NCBI GenBank assembly: GCA_002245135.1
Contig: NGBS01000583.1
Coordinates: forward strand, 62,001-126,000
DNA length: 64,000 nucleotides
Reading direction: 5' to 3'
From: Proteromonas lacertae
Lineage: Eukaryota
Below the pieces are notes generated by a model, which was given only the letters and a program-made list of their open reading frames with translations, was not told the DNA's origin and did no database searches. Positions 24,572 to 39,473 of the stretch are shown one piece after another. A program made the translations under genes and the position numbers. Numbering within the stretch: the stretch's first letter is position 1; each line of letters starts with the position of its first letter.

Positions 24572-25250
24572 TTATCTAATATCCAATGAATTATCAATTA
24601 ATAACCTCTGACTCTTTAGTCTATTTTGGCTTTTTAACACATTCTCTGGAAATACTGTCCAAAATCTCAATGTTTCATCTCCAGCACCAGATACAACTGA
24701 TTGTCCATCTGGAGATAATGACAAAAATAACACTCTTGACTTATGCCCTGTTAATGTACCAATTGTACTACAACTGGGATACTTCCACACATTCAACTGA
24801 TTATAAGTAAAACCATGACTAGTAATAAACTCATTAACATGAGGACTCCATAATATATTACATACTTGACTACCACTATCAACTGTATTCAAACAACTAC
24901 CAGTAAAAGTATTCCAAAATCTTATCTTTTTATCAGCAGTACCACCTCCACTAGCTAATAGTCCATTTTGATGCGGTGACCAGTCTAAGGCTTTGATTGC
25001 TGCAGTATGATCCTTCAATATATGAATAGGTCTACAACTATGGTTAGGTTCCCATATACACACTGTATTATCATTACCTCCTGATGCTAATTGGATATTT
25101 TGAGTTGGATAACTATATTTTAAACCACACACTTCATCACTATGTCCATATAATAAATGTATATTATCAGTAGAACATCGTATATCTCTGATTGTTATTA
25201 TACCATCTTTACTACCTGTTGCTATCGTAGAATCACTACACCAACTACAT
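24572..25250 (-). pseudogene. FZR1: 5'-truncated Cdh1/Fzr1 duplicate (C-terminal WD40 repeats plus IR tail, frame intact)
   Basis: Begins at the duplication breakpoint with an in-frame TAA immediately upstream and no ATG. Lacks the C-box and first WD repeats. Confidence 0.85.
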
Positions 25251-25495
25251 TAAATGCTATTAAATTATTATTTTAGAAATAACTCTATGCTTGTTGCGAT
25301 TTACATTAATGAATTTAAATTGTTATATTACTCTCCTCATCACGTATTTTCATTAAATTAAAAAAATAAAAAATGTTTCTTTAGTGATCAAGCCAAGCAT
25401 TTTATAATATCAAAGGTCTAAATAAAATTCTTTGATTATCAACAGAATTACTATTCTTTACTTTTCTTTTTTTAATTCATTATTCATAAATTAAA

Positions 25496-27444
25496 ATGCC
25501 ATTTGGAGATTATGAACGTATTGATTTGTTAGGAAAAGGTTCGTATGGAGAAGTATATTATATTTTATAAGATCATTAGGTATTCTTAGTCAGACATAAG
25601 GTTGAAAGAATATTTTATGCTATCAAAATCGTGGATATAAATTATATGCAAGAAGAAGAAAAAAAAAGATGTTATAAAGAGATTGACATAATGCAAAATT
25701 TGGTTCACCCAAATGTAGTTCAATTAATAGTATATTAGTTAGTATTATCATATATTAGGAAAGTTACCTTAATAAACGAAATTCAAAGCTTCAAATAGTA
25801 ATGACTTACTGTGATGGAACTGATTTAGGAAAATTGATTGATAAGAATATAAAATCAAAAAAACACTTTAAAGAATTTAGTGTGATGAATTATTTTGTGC
25901 AAATTCTCTTAGGTTTAAATTACATTCACAGCAAACGTGTAATTCATAGAGATATAAAGCCAGATAATATATTCCTTTTAGGTAATGGAAGATTAGTAAT
26001 AGGAGATTTAGGTGTTTCAAAACTATTAGGTACAAGATCAAATGCACAAACAACAACAGGAACACCATATTTCATGGCACCAGAATTATATAAACAGGAT
26101 ATTTATGATTATAAAGTAGATATTTGGTCATTAGGAGTGTTATTGTATTATATGGTTACTTTTCATTATCCTTTTGATTGTAAGACTTTACTTCAACTAA
26201 ATCAAAATATTATAACTGGTAAATATAAACCAATAACTGATTTTACTAAAGAATATTCAAAAGATATGGAGAAGTTAATTAGCGAATTACTTACAGTCGA
26301 TCCTAAACACAGAGCTACATCATTCAGATTATTATCAAATTCATATATACAGCAACATTTAGTTACTCTATTTCATGAATTATTAAACCAACCAAATAAC
26401 AAGATGACTGATGGAACAATTAACATTAAAAATGCTTTAAGAGATTATGCCAAGCAAAATGGATGTAAAGTGAGTATTGAAGATAAAATAGATATTCCAG
26501 TATTATATAATGTATATGTTAAACAACTTGAAGAAATTGGTATATTAGATGACATAGTCAATTCAATATGGAACAAAAAACAGACAACAAGTGAAAAGGA
26601 TATAAAGTTACATCGACTAGATATAGAGGAACAAAGAAAATGTGTTATAAAACAGTCATTAGCAAAAGTAAAAATACAAAAAGAAGTGAAACAAAAGAAA
26701 ATCATCGAAAGAAGGATTAAGAAAAACAATAACTATAAAAATATTGATAAGAATATTAAAGAAGAATTTTTAAAGATTTACACTGATTTGAACATTCAAC
26801 CAGAAAAATGTTTTACTCCAACAATGTTATTAGATTCTGGTATTTCCTTTATCGATATACATGCTCCACCTATAAACAATAAATGTGAAGATGAAATTTT
26901 AAATGATGGCACTAATGATATTGACAGCAATAATACACAAGAGTTAAAAGATGATGGATGGGTTATACCAAAAACTGATGATTTTGAAAATATTGATGAA
27001 TTGAATGCAAAAGAAAAAGAACTTGAAGAGGAGTTATTTGTTACTTGCAAAACAATAAGTGAATTAAGGAAAGAAGTAAAACCTAATTGTGTATTAGCTG
27101 TAATTCCAGACAGTGATGATAGCGAAAGCGATGATAGTGAAAGTGAAGGTGATAATGTTGAAGAAAATTATAAAGATAATTCCATCAAAAAGAAATGTAA
27201 TTTATTAAAGAATGAAATTAAAGCTGAAATTGGAGATAAATATTGTACAGTATATAATTACCTCAATGTAATGACAAGAAAAAATGAAGGCTTCGTTTCA
27301 GAACTAGATAATCCTTCAACAATAAGAGAATTGAAGTTACTTTTTCAATCAGACAATGATAGTTATGCATTAAAATATGGAAAGAAAATCTGTGATATTA
27401 TTTTTATGGAAAAGCTATTAGATTATAGCTCTAACTTAAATTAA
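25496..27444 (+). CDS. NIMA-related (NEK family) Ser/Thr kinase; 2 introns
   Basis: MPFGDYERIDLLGKGSYGE|V, YAIK, HPNVV, HRDIKPDNIFL, DLG, GTPYFMAPE; coiled-coil/acidic C-terminus. Confidence 0.9.
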
Positions 27445-27542
27445 ACATTATAATTAATTGTATTGTATTAATATATGTATAAATATTTTAATAATAATAA
27501 CAAAAACAACAAAAATATATGATAGTGATGAGATTATATGTT

Positions 27543-30500
27543 TTAGGTGTTTAATACACCAGCAACGCCAAAATGAATGCATATTGACATAGCTTTTTCA
27601 GTTTCTTCATAACTTCGGATAAGGTGGTAAATCAACAGAAAAGAAGCAAGTATGAGCAGTTGGTAATGATTTTACATTTCCTTGTTTACTAATCTTAAAT
27701 TCATTTGGCCATTTCTTAGACGGTAAACGACTTCTGCCCCAACAGAATCTAATCCATAATGATCTTTCACTATCATCCCAACTTTCCAAAACCTTCCAGA
27801 AGTATTCAATTGTTGGATCAGTTGGTGTATAACCAGAATAAGTAGTATGACTTTTCAATTCACTAATATCTATCACACTTGTACCACATACTAAATATTC
27901 TAATTCTTCCCATGTAAACATTGATAATGAATGTAATGGAACAACACTACCAAATCCTCTTTGAATTGCATATAGTTGTAAATCAAACTCATGTAATCTT
28001 GTTTCTAACACCAAATCAGCATAATAACTACGTTTGGCATAAGTAACACTCATTGAAGCACCACCTGCTGTTACTTCTATATCACAACCATTACTACTTG
28101 GTGTAGTGAATGTTAAATCATTAAATAATTCATTAAACTCATCTTCAGTTAAACTCTTATCTTGTAATTGACTTAATAAACCAACAGTAACTGTATCAAT
28201 TTGATATAAATCATCTAAACATGGCTTTATATTCAAAATATATTTCCATACAATTGAAGGAAAATCAAATGGTAAACTATATTCAAATCTTAAAGAAATA
28301 CCCATCAAAATACCAACAAACTCATACATTCCTAAATAATTATTACTATTATAAACTGGATTTGGTATATATTTATCCATATTAATATTAGTTGTATTTC
28401 TAGCATTTGGACATGGTATTAATAATGTCAAATGATCGCTGAATAAATCACTAACTCCTTGAGATATTGAATCTCTAAACAAACCGCCCCAATCTACACC
28501 ACTTTCATTCTGATATTTTATATTCAATAATCTTCCCTTTTCATCTAATGCATGACGATATATTTTTGATGGTTTTTCATTTAGTTGTTTATAATACTGC
28601 ATGAATATACACTGCGATATACTTGGCTCAATTTCATTGTTGGATATACTTTCAAATGATTTTGCATTATCTAATGTCACACTTGTATCTGTTGATAAGC
28701 CAACTATTCTTGTCTGTTCAATTGATAATTGGATGATTTGATTCTTCAAATCAAAGAATATACAAGATCCTAAGGAATTCATTAATGATCCTAAGAAGTT
28801 ATTTTCATCATTATTACTTCCATTATTTCCACCACTGTTATTGTTACTACTATTACTTCCAATATTCTTCATATTGACTAATCTTATACATTGGCTTATT
28901 CTTTTATTAAAATATTTCAATAAATTAAACCTCAATAATAACATCTTTTCACTTAGATTTGGTAAATAAGTATTGCTAATAACATCATTTTCACTTAATA
29001 AGATTTGATTAGAATTTAAATCTAATGCAGATATCTTTAAGTTCTTTGATAATTTATTGCAATACAACACAATTTCAGCATCAGCTCCACTTTCAAATGA
29101 TTTCATCTCTAATAAATCTTTGATTATTTCTTGTTCATTTTCTTTTAATATATTTTTTTCATGACTTGAATTTAGATTATCAGTATGAAGCAGTATCAAT
29201 AACCCATAATAATTCTCATCTTTTACATTGCAGTTTGTTGTATCAATTTCATAATGAATCTTTGATGTAGAAATAGTGAAATTGGTTAACTTGGAGTTAT
29301 ATTCATAATTCAAACTACCATCATCATATTGTAATGAGAATATAATTCCTTCACATAACTTACAAAGAGGACTGAATATCACTTTAATCTGAGTTGTAGC
29401 AGCATAATAGATATCACCTTCTATTCTATTATTATCCAGTGGATGTGGTGTTTCAATGGAATGAGTATAATAGCATGAATCTAACCAAATACCATTGAAG
29501 ATATTATCAGAAATTAATAAATGCTTAGAGATTGAATAGGCTAAGATTGACATTTCTAAGAATGATTTTAATAATGTTTCTGCTGAGAATGGTGCATCTG
29601 CTCTTACTATATCTAATGAATATGGTGGTGTAAGTGGTACATCAGCATTCACTCTTAAAAATGGAGTTCCAGATATATAATTATTTACTATTTTCTCATG
29701 GTATATTAACTCTAACAATGCCAATATTCCTGGTGGTAAAAAGTAATTATTTTTATCAGTGAATAATGTATAACATCTTTCTGATATTATTACTTCCATT
29801 TCACTAAATACACTCAAATCAGGCTTGAATAATAATTTATAATTTGGAATATTTGACAATAAAGAACTTAACATATTCACTACTTTTGTTTTGTATAAAT
29901 TTCCTGGTGTTCTAATATAAGTTATCATTGAATTATATATTGTAGAATCAATCGTATATTCACTCTCTAATGCAGTAACTCTAATATTATCTAACAACCA
30001 ATTAGCCCACGACAAATTAGGTTTAATAGAAACATCACTTTCTTTACTCCATTCATTATTAGAATTATCACTCGTTATAATTATTCTAAAACCCCAATCA
30101 TCACTTTTACTGATTGAACTGCTATTATTAGTGTATTCGAAATAAACAATGTTCTGAGCTATTGCAAATCCATTGGTTAATGAGTCTTTATTAGTATATG
30201 ATGTTAATATATGGTTATGATCTGAGTCAGAATAGAATCGAATGATAGAATTATCTGGTATCTTAGTTTCTTTATCAATTGATAGTTTGATATTTCCAGC
30301 TTTAGATATTTTCAATACTGAACTGTATTTCTTTAATTTTCGTAATGGATGTGGTGAATCTTTAAATCTATATTCATCATTACTAACTGCTGGAGATTGG
30401 AAATTACGAATGATTTCGCTGGTTGTTACTTTTGTCATTATCTCTTGAGTTGTTTTATTATCAGATATTAACAGTTTTCTATAGATAGATTTCAAATCGT

Positions 30501-33500
30501 TTAATAAATCACTTTTTATTTTAGAGGTTGATGAATTAGAATCTTCATTTTCTACTATTATATTTAATATATTTTCAGATGTCATAAATAAGATAATAAA
30601 CTCAATCCATACATTCAAATCTTCATTCTTTTCACATATGTTATCAACAGTAAATGGTATATCATTATTCCAACATTTATATACTGAAAATAAGAATTTT
30701 CTACAATAACTGTAATATAACCCTTGAATTGTGTTAATGAATGATTGACTTATACCATTCTCATTGCTTGTATCATTATTGAATATAGTTTTATGGATCT
30801 TTAATGATTTAGGTTTAAAATCACTTATATATATAATATCATTCTTTTCATCATATAATTTCACTTTAGCGATCTCAGTACTAATACAATCTTCATATAT
30901 CAAACCATTTATATCTCTCATTATAATATCACTATGTATTGCTTCTGGATCTTTTACACTAATTAATGTACCTTTTAATATCTTTGCAGCATTTTTATCA
31001 AAGGCTAATTCACCATAAAGTGTTTGATATTTTTTACTAACAGACAATTTCTCTTTAGATTGTTCATCTGTTCTATCTTCACATCTAAAGGATGTAGCTG
31101 TTCCTTGATCATCTAATATTGACTTATTATCAACCACTACTTCACCATCATCATTCTTTTTACTCATTATATTCAACTCATCAGGTATATCAATACTTTT
31201 CCAATATATATTATCATCATAATAATCATTTATTGCAGATTCTTCATTATTCTGATTCACTTCTAATAATAAACCAACCACTTTTCTCTTAAGGCCAGTA
31301 CATATCTGCATTATATTATTAATCTTCGATTTCATTGTTGGATCTTCATAATATTCATCATCATCTTCATCATCATCTAAAGTATCTTCTAATATCTCAT
31401 TCTCTACTTGACTACATTGGAATTTATCTTCTAAAGTGGAATGTTCTTGTTCTTGAGCTATTAAACTTTCTACTTCTCTTCCTCCTTCTAATAACCATTC
31501 TCCAGCTCTATCTGCATCATTATCATTCCTTTCAAGTGCTCTTATACATACAGCAACATCAAATCCTAAAGCAGCTGATAGATTCTCTGCTAATTCTCTT
31601 TTAGCTCTTTCTGCTGCTGATAATGTTTCTTCATGAACTTCTACAGTTTCTATTACTGTTGTTTCTTTCTTCAATGATTGATACAACAAATCACCATTCT
31701 TACATTTCTGTTGATATACTGTTCCTAATAGAACTATATATCGATCATATATTGTATCTGTTGATAAGAAACAATCTAATGGTGATGGTTGAGATGCTAT
31801 TGATAATATATATTTATGAATATTTCTATTGATTATTTCTGGTATTACTTCTTTATATTGTGATTGTATGTAGAGAAATTCCATCACTTTCTCCAACATA
31901 ATAAAACCATTCATCTCTTCCATATTATTCTCATCCATATTCTTAATCTGTATAATAAATGACAAAGCAAAATCATATATTTCAGGTATATAAATCAATG
32001 GACATTCTACAGTAGAAACACTCTTTATTTTATCACAAGTTGTATGATATATTTGACTTGATATTTGATTACTAAACAACAAATGAATTGGTTGTGATGA
32101 TGGTGAATAAGTTACAATAGTACCTACAGCTGTATTATCATTAATAAACTGCACTTTACCACCAACATGTAATACTTCACTATTTGAACAAGAGATACTC
32201 AATATTGCTATTATATCTTTACACAAATCATATTGTTCATGACTTAAGATATCCAATACATTTGAAAGTTTATTTAATTGACTGAATTTGTTGGTAATAT
32301 CGTTGATTATTAATTCACTTCCAATTATCTGATGATAATAGTAATTTCAATAATAATATTGCTTCACTGGATAATACTTGCATATTATAATATTCTCCTA
32401 CTTCCATGTTATGATTATTCATATTCTTATTGAATATAAATGGTTTTGATATGAGATTATAGTAGTGTTGGTAATATTCCAATACCTGGTGGTGCTGATG
32501 ATGGAGGTGTATTTGGTAATGATAATTGAAAGAAATGTAATATTGCTATTTGCATATTGTATGATCCATTTTCTAATATTCTCTTTAAACCAAATAAGGA
32601 TGTTCTATAAATATCAGTATGATGTTGTTTTGGTATTCCATTCAATCTATTTAATAATAATAATAATAATATACAAATATGTAAAAATATTACAAAACTT
32701 ATTCTGCAACATATATGATGCTATTTGATTCTTTTCTCCACCTTTATATTGTTTAGCAATTCTGTTTAATTCATCAGATATATAACTCAAATATGTTTTC
32801 TTCATATCATCATTATCTTGATCAATAGAACCTTGAATAGAAGGAACATTTAGATTACTACCATCATTACTTCCTTTACGAAGTGTAAACTTAGCTGTAT
32901 TACTATGAACATGTACTGAATCATTAAATTGAAACAATAAGAAGTATAATAACAAATTAGTCGATGTTTTCTGAACTGTCTTTTCAACGAATTTTATAGC
33001 TTCTTTCTGTGAGAATGGTAAAGATGAATATTTCTCAGGGATTGTAGATAATATTGCATTATCATCTTTTACTTCATTAATAGCATTATAATACTTCTCC
33101 ATTGGTTCTATCAATATACTTTTATCATTTATTACATCAATATCCACTTTAAGTTGTTGTAGCCATGATTGTAATTGGTATATACTATACTCACCATTCG
33201 ATATTGCATTTATTAACTGTTTCTTATCCCATATTACATAATTCATCCAACTTAATGGTGGATTAACGTTATTATTATTGTCTTTGTTTAATGTTAATTG
33301 AATAGAAGGTAAATTCCTTATTAATGAGAAGAAATCCATGGAAATATAATCCTGAGTAGTATAATGCAATGATAAATTATATAATATCAAATGAATTAAT
33401 GAATAGTTCTGTTCTTCAGGTTTTAATGAATCATTCAATAACACTAAAAATGTTTGATATAATTCAATAAATGAATCTCTTAGATTCTTATAATTTCTAG

Positions 33501-36500
33501 CATTAATTCCATCTAAACAACTACTATAATGATGTTTTTGATATAATACATCATCATCTTTTACATCATATAAATTACCTCTCAAAGAACTACGGAATGT
33601 CAATAAACAACAATCTATTGAAGTATGTAACTTTATATTCTGTATTAAATAATTCAACCACTTAAAACCATATATTCTATACAATAATCGAGTTTGCCTT
33701 AGTGATAGGACTGAATATATTTCATCAGGAGGAACAAAATTACCTTCTTCCACATAGAATATACAACTCTTACATATACTTTCTATTCTATTATATTGGT
33801 TAGAATCTTCGTTGTATATTTCAGTCTGATCATCATCATCATCATCATCATCATCGTTTACTTCTTCAGCATCAAATGTATCAGAATATAAATTATTCTC
33901 ATATGAATCTTTCTTACTTCTGAAACTAGAATCCATTGATTTGAACTTTAAGAATGGTAATGATGCTGTTTTTGACTTGTTTGTATCATAAGTTGATATT
34001 TCATTTATTTCATTATGCATATAAGATGATATATTGAGTAAATAATTCAATCTAGATAATACAGAATCTTGATATTTCTCAAAGGTAGTTGGTTTATATT
34101 TCTCTAATTCTGGATTAGATGGTGTAATTTTTGATTCATCCATTTGACGATATTCATTCTTACGATTCAATAAGAATATTCTTAACTCACATATCTATGC
34201 AATACAATAAAACAATCAAATAATAGTATATATATATATATATATATATACGCTTGTATTTACTGATGTAAATGATTCATTATCTTCAACATTCAATAAA
34301 TCATCCAAATCAACATTTATATCATCAGTAACCAACTTATTCATTATTTTCTCTGCCTTCTCTAATAAACCAGTATGTTTTAACAGTACAGAACAATAGA
34401 TTGATTCTACTAATGGAAATCTTCCCATTTTATATTGTAATTGTTGTGATTTATTACTATATTTATCATTTAACCATTTTAAGAAATTGATACTTTCATT
34501 TGATTCAGGATTCTCTATATAAATATTAATAAAATAATATATATATATATATATATATATACTAAAATATTCAATTATTGGGTTTTCAATATGTTCAATT
34601 TCATCACTATTATGAGTATATAAATCACTACCGTCTGGTAACTTCAAATCTATTGGATAATCATCAGATTGTAAAGGTAATAAATCATAATTACCTTCTA
34701 ATCCACCTTTCATTAAATTCCATTTAAGATATGGTTCTACTTTATTCTCTATATCTGTTATTTTAATACTCTTTATCATTGTTGAAGATAACTTGCCACA
34801 TAGTAACAATAATGTCTTTTGTATATCCAATAATAATGGTATTTCTTCATGTCTATAAATATTTGAAAGAGTAATTTCTATATTACAATTCTTTAGTTCT
34901 AATTCTAAGGATATTGGTTTATTCTTTGTATCAACAATAACACATGGAAATAATGATTCTGGACCATAAAATATTCCATAACTTATATTATTATGTTTCA
35001 TAGAAAATGAACCATTTGTTGTATCTAATGATATAACAATTATATCTCCATTTTGATAATTTGGAGTATTCTTCAAATGCAATCTATCATTACTATTATT
35101 ATAGGTTAATTGATGATGTGTTGCTGAATAGATATACTCTTTTATATGTGTATTATTACTATTATTGTCTTTCTTTTTTTCTTCTTCTTTCTCATCTTCT
35201 TTATCTTCATTATTCTCTTTACCTTCTTTTTCATCTGATAGTGTAAGAATAACCAATATTCAATAATGAATCATCATTGATTCTATTAATCTTAATAATA
35301 AACTCAACAATGCAATTTTGATATTCTATAGAATGATATATTCGTTTATTCTTATTATCACAATTAAATGCACATCCATTTATTAATGTTGATGCATTGA
35401 ATGAAGCGTCATCTATTTCTTCACTGAATTGTATATGTGGTAACAGACTTAAATAATTCATACTATCATAATTTTCACTAACAAATAAAGTAGTCATTCC
35501 ATAACCAGAATTCTTAATAGTATGAGTTGATATTATATTTCCAGTCTTTAAATAATCATTCACAACAGTAATATATTCATTTTTATATATTTCTTTACCT
35601 CTTAAATCACGACTATACCAAGGATCACCACTATTAGCAGTTTCACTACTACATAACACATAGCTCTTATCAGGATGTAAGACAATTGGCGTATATAACT
35701 CACTATATGCATATCCTAACTCATCAATAGGTGAATCTTTATTAACAATACAGCTAGCAATAATAATATTCTGTTTTAAATCTAATAATTGTAATATATG
35801 TTCAGATTTCAACTTCCCTTTAGATAATGATTGGTTTACTGCTCTTCCAAGTGAATAAATAACTAAGGGTTTACGAGGTTCAAACACAAATCCAATATTT
35901 CCACTAACATTATCTCTTTCACCTGTATATAATACATCAAATATATTAATAGGTTTTGGTAGATGCTTCATCATTGACCATTCATTTATATCATTATTCA
36001 TTAATCTTATATCATATTCTTTACATTCTTGGCTTTTATCACATATTTTATCGAAATCTATTGCTATTTCTACTGTAATTGATAATAATTGAGAGGATAA
36101 ATATATCTCATCGCTTAATGAATAGATGAATATCAATAACAATGGAAACATCTCTTTGAATATTGAATAATTCAACACTTTCTGTAATAATTCTTTAGTT
36201 ATATTCTTATTCACTATATAAGAAGATAATTTCTTTATTGTAGTTAAAAATGCCATAACATATTTTGTTAGTATGATTACAGAATCATGATTAGCCTGTA
36301 ATACAACATGCATAAAGAAATAATAGAAATAATTGAATAAGAAATGAATAGCAGAATTCAATACAACATCAGTAACATTACATTTATCTTCAATATGATC
36401 AATTATTAGTTTGTAGATTGTTTCTAATAATGAATGGAAGATAGGTAACATCGTATCCACTAAATTGGATTTGCAGTTGAAAATACCTTGGAATAAAGAG

Positions 36501-39419
36501 AACAGTATTTCACTATCATATGATAATAATGATATAATATGAGATATAAACACTGAATTACCTTTACTGTTGTTATTTTGAGATAAATTCAATATATAAG
36601 AGAGTGTAGTTGTATTTCTATCTGTTGTAGATGGACGGAATAATGTTGATCCTTTTATTACAATCTGTGCAAAGAGTTTGATATTTTCATCATTCAATGA
36701 ATCATCTATATTGTTTATATATTCATCTATTATTGATTGTAAGTCTATTAACTCTTTACATAACACATATTCGCCATTTTCATTGATTTTATACAACCCA
36801 AACTCTTTAGGATCAATTCTACTCTTATTAATAGCAATTAAATTGTATAATAACAACTGTTGAACTGATAATAATATCTTATTACTATATTTACCTTTAT
36901 TATCATGTATTAGTTTCAATAAAGATGTAAATGCTTTGAATGAATAAGTACTTAATTCATACCAATAGGGTAATTCAGAATGAGATAATAACATTTTCTT
37001 TTCTAATGATAACTTTGATAATTCGTTTAATATATTGATATATGATATTACACAATCTTCAGTAGTTTCTATCTTTTCATTATCTTTAGGATACATTGAT
37101 TCATATACTGATTTAGAATAGAATAATGTATCAACTAAACCAACTTTATAACTACTATCTCCACTTATTCTTTCAATAATTAATCGTATTGTCCAACACT
37201 TTTCAATAGGTAAATCATATTTATATTGTTTCTCTTCTTTAAATGTAAATGATTCAACAAATATTTCAATATTTTCTGAAGGATTTCTTTCATTCACATT
37301 CTCTATTCTAATCTTCAATTCATCACCGTCTTTATAATCATTTGGAGTTATATTAATATAACCAACAACATGATAATACTCTCTATTTGTATTAATCGTC
37401 AATTCTAATGGAATATTCTTGATAGTATAAGCTTCATAATAATGACTAGGAATAATACCCATAAAATCATATATTCCATCATATAAAGGTACTTGATTAA
37501 TAGATTTATCTACAGACTCTAAAGTCTTATAATCGTTACTAATACTCCTTGGTATTTCAACTGATAATATTGATACTTGCTTAGATGAACCATAGAAACA
37601 AACAGCTGGCCAAATAGGTCGGTTTTACATCATTAAATGCTACTTTAAATGGTTGTTTATTAATAGAGAAGGAGATAGTACCAGTAATTAAGTTTAATTC
37701 AGTGGTTACAGTATCATGAGGATGTATTTTATCGAGTGTTCCTTTCTTTGTTCCTAACTGATATAATTGACCATTAAAAGCTCTATACATATATAAGTTA
37801 GGTGAATTTTCATAACTACTATTTGTTATATTATTAGAAGTAGCAGCACCAAAACAGGTCATTTCATCGTTTAATACATCATTTTCTAGTTTAAATGTCC
37901 AATAATATATCCCAGGAGTGGTAAATGATTGATTTACTATTACATGAGTGTTACTACTACTTGTACTCTCAACAGATCGATTTCTATCTGATAATTGGAT
38001 TCTTGGTGATGATTTAGAAGCATCAAAGGTTGCTTCTATTGTTGAATTTTTAATAAATGAACTGGTTAACTCTGATTTAATCTCAAATATCTTTTCCTTT
38101 ACTGGTTCTTTGAGTTTTAAGAACAATTCCCTGTTTTCTTCTTCATCTTCATTACATTGTAAGAATATTCTACATGCATTTAATGAAGAGGATAATAAGC
38201 CAGAAGCTCTTGATAGTAATAATAATATATTCAACAGTTTTGAAGATGGTGGTTGGGATAACGAACTCAATATAGTTGTATAAGATGTTCTTTTTGATAC
38301 TTCTAATGACTCACTTTTATAATCATATAATTGTATATGTTTAATACTTAATGTCTTGGATTGAGTACTGGTATTATCATCATAATGGAAAGTCAATCCA
38401 ATTCTACTGATTCTTTCACTATAATTCAACTTTACATTGATTATTTGTCTATGAATGGATATTGTTTGAATATTTGCTGATTTTACATCGTTTATATCTG
38501 TGTATAACTCTATCGTAATTTTACTAGCATAATCACAAGGTAAAGAATATTCAATCTAATAATAATAATTAAAAAATAGTAATTGTATAATTATACAGAT
38601 AAACAATAGCATACTGATGGATTTTGTAATTCACAAGTCCATAATATATCTTCATCATTTACTGTAATAGCTCTCCAATAGTCATCGTTATTTGATAGAC
38701 TCCATTCAACATTACTACCTCGATCAACATGAGATGCTTTGACTGTTTGTTTTTTGAATTGAATTTGATTGGACACGAATAATATAGCTGGAGATAACTC
38801 TTCCCATAGTTGGAGAGGAGACATATTCTTTAATGCAGCTAATATATACTCATTCATACATTCAGTATGAACTGCATTAGGATTCTTGTTGAATGCTTCT
38901 ATTACTACACTTATATAAAAATTAAGAACATCCTTTACATCATCATCTGCAATTTTTATTTGATAATCACTTGAAACATATGGTTGGTTGTAATTTTGAT
39001 GTGATTTTAGTAAAGTATCGTAAGTAGATAATAAAGTTACCAATCGTTTATGGACAGTAGTGACAAATTCGTTGTGATTAGATCTTGAAAGGATTATTTC
39101 TGCAAACAAGTGTTCCAATCTTGTGGCAATAGACTGCTTCTCTGTGTTGTTTCCTAAACCACAACTACAATATAATGTAAAAATGATACTTCAAGTAATT
39201 CTTCATTTTCTCTGCAAGTAGATTGATTTTGTTGCTTACAGTTTTGGGAAGTACATACTCATACCCACCTACATCTGGTACTTCATTTGATGCAGTTGAT
39301 GAATTCAAGAAAAAATCATTACGAAGATTGTACTCTAGTATCCTAATTATTGACTCTCCATCCTTTATATTCGACCAAAACGAACCAGAATTTTCATCAG
39401 CTGATACTGAGTTACCCAT
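27543..39419 (-). CDS. Giant (roughly 3900 aa) HECT E3 ubiquitin ligase with SPRY, beta-sandwich and UBA domains; several apparent single-base frameshifts
   Basis: Start MGNSVS (myristoylation-like); SPRY (DEMTCFGAA...YRAFNGQLY); UBA (LGFDVAVCIRALERNDNDADRAGEWL); HECT (ESGVDWGGLFRD...RFCWGRSRLP...LPTAHTCFF). A +1 correction near 27614 gives the terminus PYPSYEETEKAMSICIHFGVAGVLNT*. Confidence 0.88.
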
Positions 39420-39473
39420 ATAAAGCTTTAAAAAATCAATTTAAGGAATTGATTTTGAATAATCTTGATTTTT

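Larger units (their letters stand above)
18597..25250. repeat. Right arm (6654 bp) of the large inverted duplication
   Basis: Reverse complement of 11716-18370; ends abruptly inside Cdh1 coding sequence. Confidence 0.97.

Noticed and set aside
27543..39419. Euplotes-style programmed +1 frameshifting at stop codons
   Set aside because: No shared AAA-TAR motif, and paralog comparison places the 37611 shift well upstream of the stop. One break needs -1, and a similar indel differs between the palindrome arms, pointing to errors.
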